From contig CAVPKQ010000050.1 in NCBI GenBank assembly GCA_963705665.1, forward strand, positions 3,580-67,579: 64,000 nt of DNA, written 5' to 3'. The translations under genes and the position numbers were made by a program. Shown here piece by piece: positions 55,027 to 60,996 of the stretch. Origin of the DNA: an uncultured Acidobacteriaceae bacterium. Its GTDB lineage: Bacteria; Acidobacteriota; Terriglobia; Terriglobales; Acidobacteriaceae. The notes under the pieces were generated by a model, which was not told the DNA's origin, did not search any database, and saw nothing but the letters and a program-made list of their open reading frames with translations. Positions within the stretch are counted from its first letter, which is position 1. Each line of letters starts with the position of its first letter.

Positions 55027-55069
55027 TTCACCACCTGAGTTCTGGAACCGCGTCGCTGCATATTCGTGC

Positions 55070-56245
55070 TCATTTGAGGGGTTCCGTTCCTTCGTTCAGA
55101 ATGGCTAAATACTCCTCGTAGACAAACAGCCTGTGCCGCTCCCGGCCTGTTACTTCATGCAGAATTCCCAAGTCGATCATATGCATCATCGATTTCGTGA
55201 CCGTCGGCGCGGAGATGCCGATCTTGGCGGCGGTCGTGGGAATAGCGACAATTGGATTTCGCTGCATGTGCTGGAATACACGTAGGACAGAGGCCGCTGG
55301 CCGCCCTAAGCCTTCGATCTTCTTCTGATCCTGTTCGAAGAGGGCCAGGATGCGGCGAGCTGCGTTTGCAGCCTGGTCGGCTGTATCCCGAATTCCAATC
55401 AAAAAGAAGTCGAGCCAGGCTTCCCAGTCGCCTCTGGTCCGCACACGATCGAGGAGTTCGTAATATGCAGCACGATTGCTCTTGAAGTACAGGCTCAGAT
55501 AGAGAATTGGTTCCCTGAGCGTGCCTTGGGCGCAAAGGAGAAACGTGATCAGGAGCCGGCCCAGCCTGCCGTTGCCGTCAAGAAATGGGTGGATCGTCTC
55601 AAACTGGACGTGGATGAGGCCAGCTTTGACCAGCAGGGGAAGTTTTGACTGCTCCTCATGGAAGAAGAGTTCGAGTTGCCCAAGGCATTCCTGAACCAGC
55701 TCCGGCGGCGGGGGAACGAACACTGCGTTCCCTGGGCGGCTGCCGCCGATCCAGTTCTGGCTATGTCGGAATTCTCCGGGCTGCTTGCCGCTTCCCCGAC
55801 CTTTGGAGAGGAGGATTTCATGAATTTCACGGATGAGCCGCAGGGATAGGGGGAATCCGGCCCGCAGTCGTTCCAGGCCGTGGTCCATCGCAGCAACGTA
55901 GTTCGAGACCTCCTGCACGTCCTCGATCGGCGCCCCGGGGACCTCTTCGTTTTCGAAAAGGAGCAGGTCGGACAGAGAGGACAGCGTGCCCTCAATCTGT
56001 GACGACAGCACAGCTTCCTTGCGAACGTAGGTGTAAAGCAGGAGGGAAAGGTCGGGGAGCAGAGAAGCCAGCCCGTCGAGCCGCCCCACCGCCTGATTCG
56101 CCTGCTCCAGAAGGAGCTGCAACCTGTCGAGCTGTACGGGTGGAATTGGGGGCAACGAAGACGGGACAAACGCGCGAACCGTCTCGCCTTCGAATACTTT
56201 GGCAACGTATCGGCCGAGGCGAGATTTGGCCGGCAATTGGGGCAC
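55070..56245 (-). CDS. Fic-family protein (AMPylase/adenylyltransferase-type) with a C-terminal winged-helix
   Basis: The Fic motif HPFLDGNGRLGRLL fits HxFx(D/E)GNGRxxR. The N-terminus GRYVAKVFEGETVRAFVPSSLPPIPPV is typical of this family. The start is taken as the GTG at 56245, which has a GAAAGG RBS; the ORF-track TTG at 56314 is also possible. Confidence 0.85.
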   Translation of the reverse strand: MPQLPAKSRLGRYVAKVFEGETVRAFVPSSLPPIPPVQLDRLQLLLEQANQAVGRLDGLASLLPDLSLLLYTYVRKEAVLSSQIEGTLSSLSDLLLFENEEVPGAPIEDVQEVSNYVAAMDHGLERLRAGFPLSLRLIREIHEILLSKGRGSGKQPGEFRHSQNWIGGSRPGNAVFVPPPPELVQECLGQLELFFHEEQSKLPLLVKAGLIHVQFETIHPFLDGNGRLGRLLITFLLCAQGTLREPILYLSLYFKSNRAAYYELLDRVRTRGDWEAWLDFFLIGIRDTADQAANAARRILALFEQDQKKIEGLGRPAASVLRVFQHMQRNPIVAIPTTAAKIGISAPTVTKSMMHMIDLGILHEVTGRERHRLFVYEEYLAILNEGTEPLK

Positions 56246-56708
56246 GAGAACCTTTCGTTGCAGTTTCAGTAACGAAAGGATAGCGTTATTTCCTTTAGTA
56301 AGGCAAACTGGCAACTAAGTTTGCTCGCCTGGCAGCGAACATCGATCCCGATTTCCTCACCCAACGGTCTATGAGGTTGCCAGTCCGAAAGGGGAAGACC
56401 GGACTCTAATAGGTGACGGAAAGAGCCGCCGCAAATGGTTACTTAATAGGCCTGCGCCAAAATCGAAGCTACTAGTCGGAATGTTGCGGGCTGAGATCGA
56501 AGAATCACCTTCCGAGATGATTCTTTCGGCGCCCAGAAGGAGAGATAAAGTCCCTTTCGATTTCGCGCTGTTTGGCATCCGCTGCGGGCGGGCGCTTTAG
56601 TCCCCCACTGATCTTGGATGTTGTAGTCGCAACGGACCGCCTGTATCGTCCTAGCCAGCCACCCACCTGTGAAACCGCTTCAACGTCATTCAGCGGACGA
56701 TGATAGAC

Positions 56709-56736
56709 GAAAACCCCAGTTTTGCTGGGGTTTTTG
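56709..56736 (-). terminator. Bidirectional rho-independent terminator downstream of tRNA-Ser
   Basis: gaaaaCCCCAGttttgCTGGGGttttt. The stem is flanked by A-tracts and T-tracts on both strands. It lies 40 nt beyond the tRNA 3' end. Confidence 0.6.
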
Positions 56737-56776
56737 CTTAATTTCTGGATTGTCTGAGATCGCTTTGGAAGCTTGA

Positions 56777-56866
56777 TGGCGGAGGGAGAGGGATTCGAAC
56801 CCCCGTAGCCCTTGCGGGCTAAGCGGTTTTCAAGACCGCCTGTTTCAACCGCTCACACATCCCTCC
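56777..56866 (-). tRNA. tRNA-Ser (anticodon UGA), CCA encoded
   Basis: The minus strand reads GGAGGGATGTGTGAGCGGTTGAAACAGGCGGTCTTGAAAACCGCTTAGCCCGCAAGGGCTACGGGGGTTCGAATCCCTCTCCCTCCGCCA. The 7-bp acceptor is GGAGGGA/TCCCTCC, the anticodon loop is CTTGAAA, there is a long variable arm, and the T-loop is TTCGAAT. Confidence 0.9.
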
Positions 56867-57084
56867 GCGTGAGGATTATCAATAGTTTACCAGTAGCTGG
56901 ACGCTGCCAACCTGGAGCGAAGAGCTGCTCCAGGTTAAATCGCTCCGGTTTTTCCACCGCTTTGCGCTTGTGCTCCGGGGATGGATCGGATGGATCCACG
57001 TACCGCATGGTGGTTGCGATGGCCGCTTGCGTCACATCCTTCAATGAGGGCGATCCAGCTCGTCCTTGCAGCCGGATTGTATTC

Positions 57085-57498
57085 CTAAGCGGCTTGGAGC
57101 TTTTGGAAGAGGGCCTGGAGATCCATCTGATTCCAGCCATCCATGATCTGGTTACCCTGGACAACGATGAAGGACGACCCGACCAGTACGCCCCTCTTGC
57201 CACTTGCGGGGAAGCCGAGATGATTCCCACGATGGGTCATTACGGCTCGCCACCGGATCGCGACACGGTCGCCTTCGGCAATCATGTCCTGTATTTCGAT
57301 TTCCAGATCCGGGAAGGCGCCGCAAAAGGTGCGATGGACAGCCTTGAAGGCTTCGGGCCCCTCGAGCACAGAGTCCGCGTCCGGAAAGCCGTGGGCCTTT
57401 CCTTGAGGGTGAAACATTTCATCGATTGCTGCTTCGTTCCTTTGGTTCCAGACCCGATCGAACCAACGCGCTGCGACAAGCTTATTTGCTTCGGACAT
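57085..57498 (-). CDS. SnoaL-like / ester-cyclase-like small protein
   Basis: An AGAGG RBS precedes MSEANKLVAARWFDRVWNQRNEAAIDEMFHPQ...GDRVAIRWRAVMTHRGNHLGFPASGK, the typical SnoaL/NTF2-like polyketide cyclase fold pattern. Confidence 0.7.
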   Translation of the reverse strand: MSEANKLVAARWFDRVWNQRNEAAIDEMFHPQGKAHGFPDADSVLEGPEAFKAVHRTFCGAFPDLEIEIQDMIAEGDRVAIRWRAVMTHRGNHLGFPASGKRGVLVGSSFIVVQGNQIMDGWNQMDLQALFQKLQAA

Positions 57499-57568
57499 AC
57501 GGACCTCTGATGTGCCGTGAAGCTTAGCACGCAGCCGATGAGATGAACAGGTATCAGTAAGGCGGGTA

Positions 57569-57599
57569 TGGCGGGAGGGGGATTCGAACCCCCGTAGCC
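57569..57599 (-). other. Degenerate 3' fragment of a tRNA-Ser-like gene (T-arm plus acceptor 3' strand)
   Basis: tggcgggagggggattcgaacccccgtagcc compares with tggcggagggagagggattcgaacccccgtagcc at 56777-56810. Similarity ends at the variable arm, and no matching 5' acceptor strand lies nearby. Confidence 0.55.
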
Positions 57600-57671
57600 T
57601 CCCTCGCGCAAGTGTTATCAAGCTCGACATTCAATCGGAATTGAGCAAGCCATTCGAAATCCCCGACGTTT

Positions 57672-58160
57672 TCAGGAAATCTTGAAGTTGAGCTCGCGGT
57701 AGAACACAAAGTCATTGATACAGCGAATGCTGAAATTCTTGCAGACATCGGGAACCCTGCGATTCGCTCTTTGTTTAGCAGGCGCAGATACCTCTTTTGT
57801 CACCACGGTGGTTCCATTGATGTCAGCCAACGCATAGGCGATCAGAAATGGGTCTTGGCCGATCTCTTCGATTTCGCTGTCGTTCAAGTCGGGTGCGTAA
57901 CCTTGCACGAGTACGGTATTCAAATTCGTTGGATCGATCCGCTGATCGAAACGCATAACTTTGGAGATGATGGCATCTGTCAGCCAGTCGTGCAGCGGGC
58001 CAGTTGAAACCGCAATTTCGCCGTAGATTTCATATGGAACCTTAGCGATGCCGTCCTCTCCCAATCCAGCAAGCCAGGCCCAAAATTGGGGGATGCGATC
58101 AATAGGATAGTAATCTTCGTGAGCGCGGATCAGCACGTTGGCATCGAGCAGGTAGAGCAC
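57672..58160 (-). CDS. DUF4411-like PIN-fold nuclease
   Basis: VLYLLDANVLIRAHEDYYPIDRIPQFWAWL...DPFLIAYALADINGTTVVTKE. The GTG at 58160 is one nt after the upstream gene's TAA; the alternative start at 58196 overlaps that gene. Confidence 0.65.
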   Translation of the reverse strand: MLYLLDANVLIRAHEDYYPIDRIPQFWAWLAGLGEDGIAKVPYEIYGEIAVSTGPLHDWLTDAIISKVMRFDQRIDPTNLNTVLVQGYAPDLNDSEIEEIGQDPFLIAYALADINGTTVVTKEVSAPAKQRANRRVPDVCKNFSIRCINDFVFYRELNFKIS

Positions 58161-58161
58161 C

Positions 58162-59418
58162 TTAGCGCAGGGCCTCGCGGCCGAGGGACGCTGCACTCTT
58201 CTCGTAACCGCGGAGAAGCGGTTCGACCGAGGATGGACTCACGCCGAGTACTTTTGCGGCCTTGGTATGCGTTAGGCGGCTCTCCCGGACAGTTCGAAGA
58301 ACCACGTTGATCAGAGCATCGCCTAGCCTGCTTTGCTTTACCACGTAGTAGCTCGGACCGCCGTCCCTCATCTGATTCGCAGCTTTGGCGCTGGCCTTAT
58401 ACGAGGCCCAGCGAGCGCTATAGGAGGCGCTGAGAGTTCTATAGATCGACGCAGATATCCATCCAAGCCGGCGGAGCCGTAACGCGACGAGCGGTTCGCT
58501 AACTAGCCAGCGTTTGGCCATTTCTTCAATGTATCTACTTGCCGATGGTTGATCCCCTCGAGCGAGCTCCGGTGGTTTTTGTAGGGCAAAGCTTTTGGGA
58601 AGGAGCACTAGACCGGCGACATCATTGCAGAAGCTCTCAATTCGTCCTTCGGCTGAGTTTTCTTTCACGGATTCCGGGGCTCCACTCACACCGCTTTGGC
58701 CTAGGTAGATATGCGCCAGTTCATGGATGAGGGTGAAGGACCGTGCGGTTCTCGCGTCGTGATCGTTGATGACGATAAATGGAGCAAACGAGTCCGCAAG
58801 AGCAAAGCCGCGAAAGACGTCTTCGCTTAGCGCAGAATGATGCGATCCCAGGTCGCCGGCGAGCAGCACGAAGACCCCAAGTCTTTCTGTGGCCGTCCTA
58901 AGCTGCCTGAAGAATTCGTCAGCCGTACCGCCCCAATCTCCGCGTCGGGCGGGTAGCTGGAGTGCGGATGTAATGCGCTGGGCAACTGTTTCCGCCCCGT
59001 CGGCGAGGGACGAGGAAGATACAAAAGATCTATTCTGCGCCTCATCCAGGTCTTCGAGCATGCCACGGACCATTTCCTGACGCGCTTTGATGTCCCGGAC
59101 CATGGCATCTAGTAGTGCATTCTCTCGGAGCGAAACTTCCGATCCCGTAGATCGAAAATCCTCCCCCCGGGGGCCCCTGCTGGGCGGAGCTGCCATGTAG
59201 AAGGCAAGAAGCGGCCGACGATAGGTTTTCGCAATTTTCATGAGCTGGGCCCGGGAAGGGCGGCGCGCCCCTTTCTCGAGATCAAGGAGCTTCTGCTCGC
59301 TGTTCTCGTTCTTGGAGTCGCCCAGGGCGAGGCGCCTTGCCGCATCCTGGACATCGAGTCCGGCTGACTCTCTGGCCCAGACAAGTAGTGCGGGATTTAT
59401 CTGTTCTCCTGGCTGCAT
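58162..59418 (-). CDS. XRE-type HTH fused to an ImmA/IrrE-family zinc metallopeptidase (COG2856-like)
   Basis: N-terminal HTH region (LLVWARESAGLDVQDAARRLAL...RPSRAQLMKIAKTYRRPLLAFY) and the HEXXH motif in SFTLIHELAHIYLG. 418 aa. Confidence 0.8.
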   Translation of the reverse strand: MQPGEQINPALLVWARESAGLDVQDAARRLALGDSKNENSEQKLLDLEKGARRPSRAQLMKIAKTYRRPLLAFYMAAPPSRGPRGEDFRSTGSEVSLRENALLDAMVRDIKARQEMVRGMLEDLDEAQNRSFVSSSSLADGAETVAQRITSALQLPARRGDWGGTADEFFRQLRTATERLGVFVLLAGDLGSHHSALSEDVFRGFALADSFAPFIVINDHDARTARSFTLIHELAHIYLGQSGVSGAPESVKENSAEGRIESFCNDVAGLVLLPKSFALQKPPELARGDQPSASRYIEEMAKRWLVSEPLVALRLRRLGWISASIYRTLSASYSARWASYKASAKAANQMRDGGPSYYVVKQSRLGDALINVVLRTVRESRLTHTKAAKVLGVSPSSVEPLLRGYEKSAASLGREALR

Positions 59419-59708
59419 GGCATGTGCCTATCGCCTACGAGCGCGCCGAGACGATCTTTCTAAAGTATATGAGACTGCTCAGCCTCGGATATCGAGCCAG
59501 ATGGGCTATGGACTTCGTCGGATTCCCGAGTTCACCCTTTATAGAAGATCGCCCAAAGGGCATCGAGACTGTAGGGACTTTTGTAGGGACTGCTGCGACA
59601 GATTGCCACACTTCAATACATCCCGGCACAACGTGCTGCATGAGTACAACTAATTGAAAAGAAGTGGGTTGCAGGATATCTGCTTCGGAATCAATTGTTT
59701 AGAAAAAG

Positions 59709-59809
59709 GGCGGTTTTAGATTTTCAAGACCGCCTGTTTCAACCGCTCACACATCCCTCCGCGTGAGGATTATCAATAGTTTACCAGTAGCTGGAAGCTG
59801 CCAACCTGG
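59709..59809 (-). repeat. Duplicate of the tRNA-Ser 5' half (acceptor 5' strand to anticodon arm) plus 49 nt of its upstream flank
   Basis: 59709-59809 matches 56823-56915 with one mismatch plus a 7-nt insertion (agatttt) in the anticodon loop. The variable arm, T-arm and 3' acceptor are absent. Confidence 0.8.
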
Positions 59810-59849
59810 GTCAAAAAGCTGCGGCCACTCCCGGCAGATGAGGGGCTGG

Positions 59850-60900
59850 TTACTTTTGCAGGCCGGTCTGATCAGCCTGCTCCGTAATGGCATGGACGGC
59901 GGAAGACATCCTGGCAGGATCTCGCTGCTTAAGAAGCTGCCCAAGCTGCTCGTATTGATCGCTCGCGAGATAGTCCACTCCATCGCTGGCCGCGGCCCGC
60001 CAACGTTTCTCAGCTGCGGGCAGGCTCCCGAAGTTATATGCGCGGAACCATCCGTGGCAACTGCGACTCCTGCATGGTAGCGCCGTCGAGCGTGTAGAAC
60101 CGGATCCAGAGATGGTTGGCATGCGCATGCTCCACCAGAGAGCGGAGGCGAAGCTCATCGGAACGAGTCCAGTCGCCGGCATGATTCTGGCCGCCAGCCT
60201 CGACCACATTCCAAGGGTTATTCCACCAGCGGCGGTAGTTGCTCGCGTGCTCAGTCTCGAGGACGTTGGCCGGCGCCATGGGAGCGGCAGTGTTCGTGTG
60301 CACGGCGCCAAATACCAAGAGGCGCCCACCTACGGGGACCTTGTCGTAGAAGACAGCCTGCTGCGCATCCGATGATCCGGTCAGCACCAGTATCGGGCGG
60401 ACTGCCAGAGGCTCCATTTGAGCCGGATCGGCCGTCTTCGGCGCAGTTGTTATCCAATCGCGATACTTGGTGAGCAGAGCCCAGACAGCCTCAAGATGCG
60501 CAGGCTCCTCCGTCTTAAAGTCGAGGTTGAGCGTGATGAGCGGCCATTGGCTCCGATCGCCGCTCTCGAGCGCGCGTTCTACTATCGGGCGCACGCGATC
60601 GAAGGAGTAATGCTCCATTGTGGGCTCGTGGCCCGAATAAGGAACTCCGTGGGCGACGATCGACCAGGAGCGCCCGGTCTTCGGATCGGTATACCAGGCG
60701 AGATCCTGTTCGACCGCGAGCGGCGTGCCGGCGGACAGAGCGCGGTCGATGCGGTCGCTCCACCACTCAAAATACGGATAGCAATTGTGCGCGTCCAGAA
60801 TGGTGCGCGTGCCGGGCGCGATGGCCGAGGTTTTCTGAGCCTGCGACCTGGGCAAAACCAGCAGCGTGAGCACAGCGAAACCGGGCAGGAGGGCTCTCAA
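59850..60900 (-). pseudogene. Secreted PI-PLC-like (Ca-dependent PLC-C1-like) phosphodiesterase, frameshifted near the C-terminus
   Basis: A TTG start precedes the signal peptide MRALLPGFAVLTLLVLPRSQAQ. The family-like block is ILDAHNCYPYFEWWSDRIDRALSAGTPLAVEQDLAWY. ORF 60034..60900 ends FYTLDGATMQESQLPRMVPRI*. The conserved tail GWFRAYNFGSLPAAEKRWRAAASDGVDYLASDQYEQL lies in another frame (ORF 59850..60329). Confidence 0.55.
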
Positions 60901-60950
60901 TCCGTTCCTCTCAATCCGTTCCTCTCAATCCGTTCCTCTCAATCCGTTCC
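60895..60950. repeat. 14-bp perfect tandem repeat x4 (tctcaatccgttcc) covering the start codon and RBS of the PLC-like gene
   Basis: There are four exact units. On the gene strand each unit reads GGAACGGATTGAGA, which supplies an AGAGGAA Shine-Dalgarno-like element plus a TTG. Only the last TTG opens the long ORF. Confidence 0.9.
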
Positions 60951-60996
60951 TGGGGGGGATGTCTTCTGGTTCAAAGAAACGGCGCCGCCCCAATCA

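Noticed and set aside
56315-56708. RNase P RNA, tmRNA, SRP RNA or 6S RNA in the spacer next to tRNA-Ser.
   Set aside because: The conserved cores are not present. I looked for a GGAAAGTCCGG-type P4 region, a tRNA-Ala-like 3' end with an ANDENYALAA tag ORF, and the SRP GGAA tetraloop helix. The region is kept only as an unexplained non-coding stretch.
56812-57510. 232-aa plus-strand ORF spanning the tRNA-Ser gene and the SnoaL-like gene region.
   Set aside because: It begins inside the tRNA gene and is antisense to a well-supported SnoaL-like CDS with a good RBS. It has no motifs.
60895-60950. Possible CRISPR array (also considered for the 12-bp x3 repeat at 46337-46372 and the family A/B copies).
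   Set aside because: The tandem repeats are 12-14 bp with no spacers. The dispersed repeats are not regularly spaced and have no unique spacers between them. No cas genes are in the window.
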